Positions 38,818-52,467 of a stretch of DNA of 64,000 bases are shown one piece after another (the stretch's first letter is position 1; every line of letters starts with the position of its first letter). The DNA is from Octopus vulgaris (lineage: Eukaryota): contig OX597815.1 of assembly GCA_951406725.2 (NCBI GenBank), positions 161,634,001 through 161,698,000 of the forward strand, written 5' to 3'. Made by a program: the position numbers and the translations under genes. The notes under the pieces are model-generated. The model made no database searches. It saw nothing but the letters and a program-made list of their open reading frames with translations, and was not told the origin of the DNA.

Positions 38818-39192
38818 TATAATTTCAGTAAAAACAATTAAGATTCAAGTGAGTTCCAATGAATTCACGTGAATGCGGTACTTAACTTAGATGCACCAGA
38901 AATCTATATGGTATTAACCATAAAAAAATGTGGGGTGATTATAAACAAGAAAAAAGCAACAAGAATGGATTAGTTGTTCAGTACAATTGTTTCATACGAA
39001 GAACAGCTTTATTAAAAGCTGCAAATATTGCAGCAAATACAAGTGTCCCATATTCATTGGCCAAAACACATATGAGTTTTCCAAACATCCTAGGGGGTGA
39101 GGCTACACTCATGAAGTATCGAAGAGAGTTCTATGAAAAGTAAAGTTAGATTGTAAATAGACTTCAAAAGTTCTCTAATGATGCACAGTTTT
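38818..39192 (-). repeat. 5' pLTR copy; hammerhead core at 38977-39065 reads CCAATGA
   Basis: Direct repeat of 34600-34976. Confidence 0.9.
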
Positions 39193-39197
39193 TTTCT

Positions 39198-39238
<41 letters not shown>

Positions 39239-39839
39239 TAATATAATATATATAATATAATATAATATAATATAACATAATATAATATATATATATAATC
39301 TTTGGAATTATATATATAATATATAATCCTTATTAAACCTTTCTACTATAGGTACAAAGTCTGAAAGTTTGAAGGAGGAGCAACTCTACCTGCTTGCTGC
39401 CTAACTTAATGTTTTCATTATTTTCAAAATCATTTGTGGAAAAGGCAACATCATTCACTAAAAATATAACAAAGGGTTTAATACACATGTAGCTGTAAAA
39501 CTCAGACTCCTAAGTACCACAAGACACAAGACCAAATACACTAAAAATCTTTATCATATAAAAATTTCATTACACTTATCTTACGAAACATAATATTGAA
39601 AACAAAATAGAAAAACTCTTGAATGTAAAATTTGATTGCTTCATCAATTGTTGTTGTTTTATCATTTTATCATTCACATTTCCATGCTCACATTGCTTTG
39701 ATAGAATTATGTTGAGGCAACCCTCACCTGTTTCCAAGGAAAGTAATTTTTCCTCATAACCAGAGATATTTCCATGGAAGATAGGTAACAAAGGACATTC
39801 CTTGCATGAGGGAAACAATAAAACACACACGCACATATA

Positions 39840-39998
39840 TGTGATGAGTTTCTTTCAGTTTTCACGACCAAATCCACTCACAAGGCATTGGTTGGGCTGG
39901 GACTATAGCAGAAGGTACTTACACAAGGGATCATGCAGTGGAATTGAACCCAGAGCCATATGGTTGGAGAGCAAGCTTCTTACCACATAGCCACACAT
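39840..39998 (-). mobile_element. SINE family A 5' half
   Basis: Family motifs. Confidence 0.7.
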
Positions 39999-40029
39999 GT
40001 GCAAACCATCAACAAATGTTTTTACAAAA

Positions 40030-40583
40030 TAAAAAATCAAAATAGATGAACATCGACACTTGTGAAGACCTGTTGAGGCAAGTGAAAATCAAAAAAAAAT
40101 CAAAATAGATGAACATCAATGGAATTTGTATCTTTGTGGTACCAGTGCCGGTGGCACACAAGAAAACCATCCGAACGTGGCCGTAGCCAGTACCGCATCG
40201 ACTGGCCTCCATGCTGTGGGCACGTAACAAACACCATCCGATCGTGGCCGTTCGCCAGCCTCATCTGGCACTTGTGTCGGTGGCACATAAAAACACCATC
40301 CGAGCGTGGCCGTCTGCCAGCCTCGTCTGGCACCTGTGTCGGTGGCACATAAAAAACACCATCCGAGCATGGCCGTTCGCCAGCCTCGTCTGGCACCTGT
40401 GTCGGTGGCACATAAAATCACCCACTACACTCTCGGAGTGGTTGGCGTTAGGAAGGGCATCCAGCTGTAGAAACACTGCCAGATCTGACTGGCCTGGTGC
40501 AGCTTTCGGGCTCCCCAGACCCCAGTTGAACTGTCCAACCCATGCTAGCATGGAAAGCGGACGTTAAATGATGATGATGATGA
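40030..40583 (+). mobile_element. Third copy of the young RTE 3'-end family
   Basis: Near-identical to 3480-3980; (atg)n tail. Confidence 0.85.
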
Positions 40584-41189
40584 TAACAGCCATTAAATAT
40601 TGTTGCTCCCAGAGTGAAATATGAGTATCAAAAGAAAAAAAAAATTAAAGAACAAAAGAAGAAAATGAAGAAAAAGAAAGAAAAGTTAGGACTACCCTTG
40701 TTCCATTTATGTTCAACTTTCATTTCAGAACTTACATTTTATATTTTGTAGATAAATTTCTTCCTGTGTTTATTTAAAGTATATATTTTTATACACATAA
40801 AATACTCTAATAAACAAAGCACACAAATTTTAGTCTTCTTCATGAAAATTCCAAGACCCCATGAGGGTCATGACCACCACTTAAGAATGATTGTTTTGCA
40901 CAACCATCATTTAGCAATAAAAGCCATAACATTATTCACACAACCCATGCAAACACAATCATCATCCCACAAATAGTAACACAACTCACAGAGCACTTTT
41001 TCTACATGAAGTGATATCAAAAAGTTCCCGGACTAGTTCTATAGCACACTAACAGATGGCAGCACACAGTTGCATGCATGTACTGTGAGAGCTAGCAGTG
41101 ACCTTCATGAGGGAGTGTGCTGAGTGACATTGTAGCTTTTTATGTTTTCGTGATTACATGTGTGCTGTAGTTTGCCATTTTGTCATGGG

Positions 41190-41236
<47 letters not shown>

Positions 41237-41307
41237 TAATAACAACAACAACAATAATGATAATAATAATAATGACGATGATGATGATGATGATGATATT
41301 AATAATA

Positions 41308-41657
41308 ATCCTTTCTATTATAGGCTCAAGACCTGAAATTTGAGGAGAGATGGCTAGTCAATTACATGAACTCCAGTACTCAACTGGTACTCATTTTTTT
41401 GACCCTGAAAGAATGACAGGCAACGTCTACCCCAACGGAATTTGAATGCAGAACGTAAAGACAGACAAAATACTGCCAAGCATTTTCTTTTCTACTCTAA
41501 GTACAAGGCCTGAAATTTTGGGGGAGGGGAACAGTCGATTAGATCAACCCCAGTACGCAACTGGTACTTAATTTATCGACCCCGAAAGGACAAAAGGCAA
41601 AGTCAACCTCGGTGGAATTTGAACTCGGCATGCTAACAATTCTGCCAGTTCGCCGCC
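41308..41657 (-). mobile_element. SINE family B dimer
   Basis: Family motifs. Confidence 0.7.
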
Positions 41658-42659
41658 ACGACAATAATAATAATGACAACACCATGATGATGATGATGAC
41701 AACAATTATTACCTCATATGTAGACACAAGGTCTCAAATTCTGTTAAATCTCAGAAATCGACAGGTACATTACAGATTACTTAATGGACCCCAGAAGGAT
41801 GAAACGCAAAGTTGGTATCAGCAGCATTTGATCTCAGGATGTAAAAAGAATCAAAACAAATACTGCAACGCATTTTTGTCTGACGTTCTAATGATTCCAT
41901 CAAACCATTACTCATGGGTAAGATAGCTTCATCAAGGAGCAGGTGCATTAACAAGTAAATTGAAGACAACTTGAGAGATTCAAACAATTACAAGAGATTT
42001 TGTGAATGAAACCAGTCTTTTTTCTTTTCCTCTTCAATCTGGTGCTAACAGAAAAGTTTTCAAAGAAACAAGCAATAACATCCACCAAACATTCAATTGT
42101 TAGTGAAATTTTCTGCAAACCCCTTCTTTTCTTAATCAAGGAGATAACAAATTAAATTATGCATCCTTATAATTCTTCATTCTTCACCAAGGTGTTTGAC
42201 AAATTTAAAAAGTTTGGAAGCTATCTTAATTTTATAAAAATGGCAATTGATTCAATCCATTTTCAATCTTCTCAGATCCCCTCACCGCTACAGTAGGAAT
42301 GGTGGGGAGCTTTAGTTTATGAAAAATGCTGAGCTGTCTCATTTAGTCAATATGCTCATTCTTCTAGTTACTGATAAGGTCGTATAGAATGACTAACAAC
42401 TATTTCCTGTATATGAAGGACTTCCAACTGTATAACAAACTGCTGGAATATCTACTGTATTGTGTGCATGGATTTAGTAGCAAAACTGACTGTGATATTT
42501 GGTAAGGAAAATTGCACCGAGTGTAAAATTAATAAAACCACCAATGTAATTTTAGAAATAAGAGAATTAGTCTAAACAGTGTTATAAATAATATTGTAGT
42601 TAAAGAACAAGAGAGAATAATGTACAAATGTAACAATAAGCAAAAAAGCTGCAAAAGAA

Positions 42660-44872
42660 TACTAAAGACACATCAGATGAATATTTAAAACTGAAATGAA
42701 TACCAAAAATAAGGTAATAGATATCAATTCTCTGGTTTTTCTACTAATAAGTTTCAGATGTAACTTATTAGCTAGAAACTAAATTAATTAGCAAGACTTG
42801 AAAATGAAAATGATGACAGAATTTTGAATATTCCACCCAAAAGATAACAAAGATAGATTATATTTATAAAGTATTCAAGAGAGTAGAGGCCTTTTACGAC
42901 TAGAAGGTCATGGTTAATTATAACAAAATACAGTCATGAATAAAAGGAAACTGGGTATTACATTAAACTGCATCTGGAAGTGAGTCTCCAGTTTGGGAGT
43001 TCTGGAGTTGTGGGGAGCATCCCTTAATTACTACTATTCTGATTCAAAATGGTGGTACCTGTCAGGGTCCCATCTACAACATTTTAAATGATTTCCAAAC
43101 TAGTCTATTTATTATTACAGGGATTGTTTCTGTTCTCAATCCCTATATTCTGGTTATTTCAATTTTCCAGGTTCTTCTATTTTGGATAATTTCTCAAAAA
43201 TCTATGTATCATCTGTTAGGACACTTCCTTCTCTAGTGGTACTTGACAGTTATATCTAGTTGATTTGCCCTGATCTCCCTGACTGTGTAAAATGGCATAC
43301 CCCAGAGTATGGTCACTTTATCATCATTTTAAACATTCTCTGATGTATGTTTATATCACCTCATTTCCCTCATGATTCCAAATTGAACCCAGAGCCATAT
43401 GGTTGGAGAGCAAGCTTCTTACCACATAGCCACACATGTGCAAACCATCAACAAATGTTTTTACAAAATAAAAAATCAAAATAGATGAACATCGACACTT
43501 GTGAAGACCTGTTGAGGCAAGTGAAAATCAAAAAAAAAATCAAAATAGATGAACATCAATGGAATTTGTATCTTTGTGGTACCAGTGCCGGTGGCACACA
43601 AGAAAACCATCCGAACGTGGCCGTAGCCAGTACCGCATCATGTAGTTTGAGCTCATTGGCTACAATGAAAGCAATCAATTTAGGAGAAGGAAAATTCCAA
43701 AATTAATACCCTCTTCCATCATACCCTAAGCCAGCATGGAAGAGTACAGCTGATGAAATTAAACATGAGGTAGGTTCAATAACATAGATTCATACTACAG
43801 AGGCAACTATCTCATGTTGGTGAACATTCTGCCACAGTTGGAGATAATGGAAATGATAGCGAATATAAATAGTTTACAGAATATGAACAAAGTAAAACAA
43901 AAGTGAATATGCAACAAAGGCTAAACTATCACACAGCTATAACAAGGACTAAGAATTAATCATTCTTTCTACTATAGATATAAGGCCTGAAAATTTTGTG
44001 GAGAGGTCTAGTCAATTACATCAACCCCAGTACTTAACCAGTACTGAAAGAATGAAAGACAAAATTGACCTTGGCAGATTCTGCCAGTTTGGCACCTTAT
44101 TAAAAAATAATAATTAAAGTAGGATGTTGGTAATAAAATCCCATATAGTGTTATAAATGAACAAGACAGAGCAGAGTTGAAATGAAAAAAACATTAATAC
44201 CAGAAGCCGAAGCCTCAAAGGTGGGACTACTAAAAACTATATAATGAAGCAGAGTAGAGAAAGTAACAGTACAATATGAGAAGACTTTGAATAAACAATC
44301 GACCATATTGGTTTATAGAAGACTATCTGAGCAAAACGAAATAAATAAGAGTAGATGACAGAGATGGTGGCAAATAAAAGTATTTGATAGAGTTAGTGGT
44401 AAATAAAAATATATGACAAGGTTGAGGGTATTCATCAGTGGAAGCTATGACATCATTATAATAGGAATATATGGTTCAAACATATATAAAAGGTTTCAAA
44501 GAATGTCAAAGTGTCTATATTCTGGGATAAATATATTTTTATACATTTCAGACAATGGAAAGTATGCCCAACATTTTAGAATCTTGAGATAAAACATAAA
44601 TCAGAGAATATTTAAGATGACAAGGTGACTATACACTGGGGTATGCCATTTTATATGGACAGGGATATCAGGGTAAATCAACTAGATATAGCTGTGAAGG
44701 ACCACTAGAAAAGGAAGTGCACTAACAAATGATACATGTTTCTCTAAAAAAAATTAAAAGATTATCCAAAATAGAAAAATCTGGAAGATAGAAAAAACAG
44801 AATATAGGGACTGAGAACAGAAACAATCTTTGTAACAAGAGAATAGTTTGCAAATCATTTAAAATGTTGTAG
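42660..44872 (+). pseudogene. Fragmented R4/Dong-like LINE (RT thumb ~42660-42910; RLE region ~44170-44872) interrupted by later insertions
   Basis: KTEMNTKNKVIDINSL; FHPKDNKDRLY..SRGLLRLE; WKVCPTF; DDKVTIHWGMPFYMDRDIRVNQLDIAVKDH. Confidence 0.6.
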
Positions 44873-44984
44873 AAAAATATATAACCAAAACACAAGAACT
44901 TACAAATATAAACAGCACACAGAAATTATATCAGCAGACAGTGAAAATATCTTATGTATAAATCTTTCAATAAAATAAAGACAA

Positions 44985-46100
44985 TTAATAAATACATAAA
45001 CTAACAAGACTTGGAACATTCCCAGTTTTCCAATAGCAACAGTTTTCCAATAGCTGCTTCATGAGAGTAAAAAACACATTTGGTATGTAATAATAACAAT
45101 TATTGGACAGACCATCCAGCCCCAACAATTTGCTCACTGCTGAATTGATCAACATGTTTGCTGTTTCATCAACTGCAATAGGTGTTTCATAGAATTCTGA
45201 ATCTTTGGCTGACAATTCCAGCAGAATGTCTACTTAGGCACTGAAGTCCACCATTTCTAGTCTATCATTCCTCACAAAGTTTTGCAAAGTGCCACTGAAA
45301 ACCATACACATCTTCTTGGAATTGGATAGTGTCAGCCTGCTGCAGTCTGCCAAAGACTGAATTATAGATTTGCAGCCACACAACATCTCTACTACACATT
45401 CCCATCTAATGGTGATGGCACCTTCATTTTTCAGAGCCTGTACCCTAGAATAAATAATGCCCCCTTTGTATTTTGTGTTGAGATAGTAATCAAATATCTT
45501 TCACGTCAGAATCATGTAGTAAATAATACCTTTTCTGTTCAGTTCTAATTGACTGATCCCTTCTCTAATTTTTTAGTTTCTGTTGCTACAGCTTTACTAA
45601 AATGCATAGATTCTGCTCCTGTTTTCATTTTTAGTAGGACACACAAACTGTTATTAATAATTGTGACCCTCAATCCTTGCCTAATTAATTTTCTGAACCC
45701 TGAAATCTTTGCACTTTGGGAAAGACGCATTCAGTTTCTAATACAAAGGACCGTTTTTTTTTTTTATTTTATCTCAGTTGGCTATACACTATGAATTTAT
45801 GTTCTGTGAAACTAATTCTTAAGCAATGGACAACTTACATTATTCCTTATCAATTAACTTAATGAAAACTATGCTTCAGTATGACCTGGATTACCCATTA
45901 CAGTTTATCTGGATTCACATTCTTGTAATCCAGAAATCCAAACAATATCTGTCAATGAGCTGGAAAAACTTGAGAAGATTTACAGAACATTTACACTTGT
46001 TCTCTTATCAGTTACTCTAACACAATCTGTGCATGTGTCTAAGATAATATTCCAGTCACCCTCTAATATAAATGACTGAGATGCTCCAAAACTAGCCTGT
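44985..46100 (-). pseudogene. Decayed L1/Tx1-like ORF2 fragment
   Basis: LLGLDGLSNNCYY (PGLDG..EFY-like) with upstream RVQAL..EG..IQSL-type segments. Confidence 0.45.
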
Positions 46101-47489
46101 ACATCACTAGAGAAATCTGAGCTTCCAGTTCCTGTTAAGGCACAAATAGCTCCACTCTAAAAGTATTACCACCTCAACTGTTGCTCATGTCTAGGACCAC
46201 TAACTTTCAATCCATGTTTAGGAATATCATATTTTATCTCTTCTCAGTCCATGCCTTTCCAAAACACCACAATCACACCACTTGATCAACGCTAACCAAA
46301 AGCAACAGAAAGTCTTGGATTGACCAGAGAGAGAATGAATGAATAGAGCTCAGAAATTCTGGCCTCAATAGTAGTCACCACAACTGAACTCAATGAACTA
46401 ATATCAGTTAAACAGATGCCCCCTGCTTCCACACTAACCCAGACCACATGCATTTAATCATCCCACACCTAACTATGTATGACATGTTTGCTTGCAAAAG
46501 AGTGGGAAAAGCCATCTACCTTGTTTTAAGTGTTAAGTAATCTGAAAGTCTGGTATTGTTTGTCTTGGTGAATACTCAAAATGTTCTTCAAACATCTTCA
46601 ACTTGGAAAATGATTTCTTATAGAGACACAAGACCAGAAATTTTGGAGAAGAAAGAGAACAGCTGAAATTACACTGATCTCCAGTTGTTCACTGGTACTT
46701 ATTGGCCTTGTGCCTATAAAAGAAATCATTATTAATATTATTACAAGTAGCAGCAGTAGCAGTATTGATGATGATGATGATGATAATGATGATGGTGGTG
46801 GTGGTGATGATGATGAAGACAGCTTTATTTAAATGATAGTTAAATATCTCTTAATTATCATGTTATTTCAATAAAGAAACCAGTATGGTGCAGCAGATTT
46901 TGAAGAGGATAAATGAGATTATTTCAATCATACATAATTAGATAGATAATTAATTAGAAGCAATAATCGCAGAAACAATCAATATGGAAACAAAATTTTT
47001 TTTAAAGTCTCTGGCAGATTGAAAAGGAAATCAGAATTTTAAATGAAATAAATGGACAAAAGCAAACGAAAGATATAAACAGCCTCTGGATAGTGACTAT
47101 GAGCTGTTTACTTAAATGATTTAATAAAAATAGTAAATCTTTCTTATATATGTAACCTAGTTTATTCTTAAGTTAGAGCCAATGATAACATACTAATTGT
47201 AACAAACATCATCTAATGAACGTTATTCATTCTTCCTACTCAGTCCAGGCGAGCAGATGCACAAAAACAGCAGCAGTTGCATCAATAATCACTATAGCTC
47301 CTGCCCCACTCTCTTCCGAAGATATTGTGCAGTGTTTGCATGGCAGCAATAACTCTTGCAGTAGAACACTGGTTATTGCACTTTGACGGAATCCACCGTG
47401 CCTTTCTTTTGTTGTGGCCATTGTCAGAATTTGCTTGGCATACAAAATCATACAGAAACACAGTCGCCATTTATTGCCTTCATCGCAAC

Positions 47490-47670
47490 TGACATCACTA
47501 CCATTGTTATCGTCGTCATCATTGTTGCTGTCATCATCGTCATCATTGTCATTGTCGTCAATGTCGTTGTTGTTATCATCATTGACATCATCATTCTAAT
47601 CATCATCATCATCATTGTCATTAGCATCACCATCATCATCATTCTAATCATCACTGTCACCATCATCATC

Positions 47671-47702
<32 letters not shown>

Positions 47703-47726
47703 CATCACCGTCATCATCATCACCAC

Positions 47727-47765
<39 letters not shown>

Positions 47766-47946
47766 TCTAATCATCGTCATCGTCATTCTAATCATTATCA
47801 TTCTAATCATCATCATCATCATCGTCAGTAACATCACCATCATCATCATTCTAATCATCACTGTCATCATCATCATCATCATCATCATCACCATCGTCGT
47901 CATTAGAATCATCATCATCATCATCATCATTGTCACCATCATCATT
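47490..47946. repeat. Imperfect (ATC)n array with an attcta higher-order interruption
   Basis: Direct sequence. Confidence 0.9.
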
Positions 47947-49368
47947 TTTACATCCAATGTTTTCATACAAGCAAACGTTGGATAAGACTTTTTGAAGCAA
48001 TATTGCATGACCAAATGCTCTTCTTGATTCCAACTTCTTGTTTTCAACTAACTAAAGTATGCAACAAGTCTACATATTAGTTCAAACCCTGGAGTTGAAT
48101 TTTTTTTTTTTTCAATTAGAAAATTTTTTTGCAAACGACAACTGAACTTTTAGTAGATTGAGTTATGATGTCAGCAAAAATTTATCTAATAAAATTATGC
48201 ATCAACAACTGATGGATTTTCAAATGATGACATCACCACATATCTGACCAATCAGATTTGTTCTGGAGTGAGTGAGTAAAAATTTAAAAGTGCTGTCAGT
48301 CCTAACACTAGCATGTTCCCTGCTTTTGCAGTAATATTCTTGATTTCCAGAGAACACACATATTATTACTATGAACAGAACTTTCTGATATTGCTCATGT
48401 TTTTCATTGGATCATCATGTCCAATACAAGTTTTTCACAATAAACGTATGGTGAATCAAAAGTGAACAACTACTCTTTTCAGTCAAGTAACTTTCCATTC
48501 ATTCTATTCATCTTATTGTTAAAGGTATTTTATTTATTATATTTCACGACTTTTCACATGTTGAACAGTTGAGCTTCAGGACATACACACACATTATTGC
48601 TACTTGTCAATACCAAGACATTCAGAAATAAATACATGAATGCATGCACATAATTTCTTTGTGCATCCTTCCTTTGCATCTAGCTTATACTAGCATGAAA
48701 ATGAACAAATGAATAATAATAATTAATTCAACATACTTTAACTGAGGCAATATTAGATCCACTGCATGTTATAATTTTGGTGATACAAAACTGGTTAGAA
48801 ATATATGGAAAGACTGAAAGAATAGAAAAAATGTGTTGAGAGATTAGATGAAATTGTAGCATTCAACTATTACTATATTTAACAACTATTGTCCTCTCAG
48901 ACATATTCAATTCACTGTATTCCTTAAAAATCTTGAAGAGAGAGAGAGAGAAAGCTTTCAATATGAAAAATAAATAAAATAACAAAGATAAAAAATAATC
49001 AATAATTCTGAATCAGGACTCAAACATATGATGTTCTTACGTATATCATATGGAAACTTTATATCAGTAAAAGAAAACTGCTAAGGTCCTTCAAGAAAAA
49101 GGAATCTCTATATATTTGAAGGCTGCATTGAATAAAATATAATATAAGGTCACATAACAGAATGTTCTATTATGAAAAATATTATTATATTTTTTTTGTC
49201 AAAATGTAATTAGAAATAGTGTGTGTTATTTAGAAGTGTATTTCCCAATCGTGTAATCATGTGGTTCCAAGTTTATTCTCAATGTATAACATACTGGGTA
49301 GGTGTTTTTATCATTCTGTTATCAATGGAATTTTGGCAGAGAAAGTGAGAAAGTACAGAAACCCATTA

Positions 49369-49440
<72 letters not shown>

Positions 49441-49704
49441 TATATATGTATATATATGTATGTATATGTTTATATATATATATATATACGTGTGTGTGTG
49501 TGTGTGTGCATATATACATACGTATATGTACATACCTACATATATATGTATATATACATGCATATATGGGTACAGCACATAAAAAAAACATTGAACACAA
49601 TGAGAACCGAAAACATAAAAACAAAAACATAGAGACAAATTTTTTTCGAACAACGAAAAAAACAAACAAAGAAACGAGACATACAATATATATATATATA
49701 TATA

Positions 49705-50010
49705 GGCACATGAAAAGCAACATTCGAGTGAGGTCGTTGCCAGTGCTGCTGGACTGGCTCCTGTGCAGGTGGCATATAAAAACACCATTTGAGCATGGCC
49801 ATCATCAGTACTGCTGGCTGGCCCTCATGCTGGTGGCACGCAAATGCACCCACTACACTCTCGGAGTGGTTGGTGTTGGGAAGGACATCCAGCTGTAGAA
49901 TCTCTGCCAGATCAGATTGGAGCCTGGTGCAGCCATCTGGCTCATAAGTCCTCAGTCAAACCGTCCAGCCCATTCCAGCATGGAAAGCGGACGTTAAGCG
50001 ATGATGATAA
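49705..50010 (+). mobile_element. RTE-type 3' tail element
   Basis: cactacactctcggagtggttgg...ccagcatggaaagcggacgttaa.cgatgatg. Confidence 0.75.
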
Positions 50011-50090
50011 TCATCGCCATGATATATTTAGGTTAGCTGAAACATGTTTGTCACATATTTCAACTACTAAAAGCAAATACACTGCGGTTA

Positions 50091-50325
50091 CCATGGAGAA
50101 AATATTTCTCTTATAATTAAAAGGTGTGAAAACACCCAGTCCGATCAGTGTCGGAATCTCAGACATCGATGTTTTGAGTTTTTGACTCTTGTCAAGAGTC
50201 TACTGGTTTTACAGCAATTGTAAAAACTAGAATGAAAACGTTCAGGTCAAAATACAGGAAGAAAAAATTTTTTTAGCTCATTCGAATTATGCCTCTTGAC
50301 TTGGGAGTAAAAATTATCTCCATGG
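50091..50325. mobile_element. 235-bp MITE with TA TSD (Tc1/mariner-type)
   Basis: ta|ccatggagaaaatattt ... aaaaattatctccatgg|ta. Confidence 0.7.
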
Positions 50326-50334
50326 TACAATCTT

Positions 50335-50725
50335 TTAATCTTTTACTTGTTTCAGTCATTAGACTACGGCCATGCTGATGTACCACCTTGAAGAAATTTA
50401 GTCGAATGAATCAACTCCAGTATTGGTAGTCGAAAAAATCAACCCCATAACCTGGTAGTTATTCTACTAGTCTTGTTTGCTGAACTGTTATGTTATGGGG
50501 ACATAAACACACCAAAACCAGTTACCAAGCAGAAGTTGGGGACAAACACACACAAACACACTTACACATATAAGATGAGTTTCTTTCAATTTCTGTCTAC
50601 CAAATCCACTCACAAGATTTTGGCCTACCTGAGGCTATAATAGAAAGCACTTCCCCGAGGTGTCATACAGTGGGACTGAACCCAGAACCTTGTAGTTGAG
50701 AAGCAAACTTCTTACCACACAGGCA
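50335..50725 (-). mobile_element. SINE family A
   Basis: Family motifs. Confidence 0.75.
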
Positions 50726-51798
50726 CGTGGTATGGGGAATATTTACTTGTTGGGCAGGCCCAGGGTAAGGTTCGTTTACAGTGGATAAGATGCAAAGTGG
50801 TGTGAAGTGGAGATGGGAAAGTTGGGACAGGACTAATTTTAACATTGTGTTGTTGTGTACATGGATAGTGTGTCTACATGTATATATACCTCACAGTTGA
50901 GTGTGGCAAGTCTTGTATTAATTGTTCAGATTTCAGTGATAGGGTTGGGGAACAGTGGTAGTGCTCTAATGTTTATAGTCATAGTGTTTTCAGTCAGTTT
51001 GCTAGGACAAATCTGTCTTCATAAGGGTTGGAGCAGAAAACCTTGCTTTTTCATTTAAAGTAGATACATGGACAGAAAGAGTTCTTTAGTATGATTCTTT
51101 TTCCAGCCAAGCAGAACCTGTACTTCTTTCTACTGTTAACGTTGTTAAATGCGAGGAACTGGTAGAGCAGTGCAGAAACCAGGGGTGGAAGGCATGTTGC
51201 TCGATAATAGTAGTGGATTGTTGAGGTTTTGCGGGGCATTCATTCAGCAAACTACTGACTGGACTTGGAGTTACTGGTACAGCAAAGGAAAAGGCTATAA
51301 ATTCCATTACTGAAAGTGCAGAGAAGGCCACAAAAGGGCTTTGGATAAAGAGGGCAGACCAGTGGTTTGCTGCCTTTGGGATGCAAGCCAGGACTTGCTC
51401 CCTCTAGTTGGGTCAGCTGTGCAAGTGGGGTCTGATATTGAAAGACCCCAAACCAACAGAAATCCCAGAGATACCACTGGTGATGTTTCAGTTTCCATCA
51501 ACCAAATTTATTTACAAGGCTTTGGTCAGTCTAAGGCTATAGTAGAAAGACATGTACCCAAGGTGCCATGCAGTGGGACTGAACCTGGAACCATGTGGCT
51601 GAGATGCAAACTTCTTACCACACAGCCACAGTTGTGCCTAGTTAAAAATCTTAAAAATAGTATCTTATTGACCTTATATTTAAAAGATTAATAGAAATAG
51701 ATTTATTTGAAGTGAAATTAAATGAATCTGTATTTGATTATAAAAACCTCATCTTTTACATTTCTTACACAAAAGGTAAATAACAGTAAGCAAGAAAA

Positions 51799-51911
51799 AT
51801 GAGGGTAGTCATGGTGGTAGTGGTCATGGTAGCAACAGCAGTGGCATTGATAATGATGACATTGACGATGTTGATGATGATAATGATGATGATGATGACA
51901 ATGACGATGGC

Positions 51912-51949
<38 letters not shown>

Positions 51950-52404
51950 CAGTGGCAGTGATGGTAGTGATGCTAGTGTTGGTGGTGATATGGTAGTGTT
52001 GGTGGTGTTTCTAGTTACAGTGGTGGTGATAGTAGTGGTATTGATGATGAAGGTGATTGTGGTGGCACTGAGGATGATCACAGTGGTGATGATGATGATG
52101 ATGTCACTGATGATGATGATGATGATGAAGGCAGTGGTAGTGATGGTGGTGGCATTGACGATGCTGATGATGATGATGATGATAATGGTGGTAGTAGTGG
52201 ATGATAATTGGTGGTAGTGATGCTGGTAGATGGTGAGCGGTGGTTGAAATGGTGGTGGTAATGATGACATTGATGATGATGATGTGACGGTGACAATGAG
52301 AGCAAGAGCACTGGCAGCAGTAACAGCAGCAGCAGTGGCAAGGGTGGGGGTAATAGAGACAGCAGCAGTGGTGGCAATGGTGGTGACAGTGGGGGTAGCA
52401 GTAC

Positions 52405-52448
<44 letters not shown>

Positions 52449-52462
52449 AACAATGATGATGT
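51799..52462. repeat. Imperfect (ATG/GTG/GCA)n triplet array
   Basis: Direct sequence. Confidence 0.9.
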
Positions 52463-52467
52463 AAAGT

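Larger units (their letters stand above)
34600..39192 (-). mobile_element. Penelope-like retroelement, Naiad-type (EN+, C-terminal GIY-YIG), with pLTR direct repeats, in (TA)n context
   Basis: Direct repeats 34600-34976 and 38818-39192; RT and GIY-YIG coding region between them; hammerhead in the repeat. Confidence 0.9.

Noticed and set aside
47345-47395. miR-92-like seed (tattgcact) in a gcaataac/gttattgc hairpin
   Set aside because: Only an 8-bp stem; the pairing does not extend to pre-miRNA length and the 3' part does not match miR-92.
50730-51480. Possible host exon or LINE C-terminal remnant
   Set aside because: Only weak hints (PLHTTLHLIHC, LLYQFLA) of a decayed LINE; all frames are interrupted, so no call can be supported.
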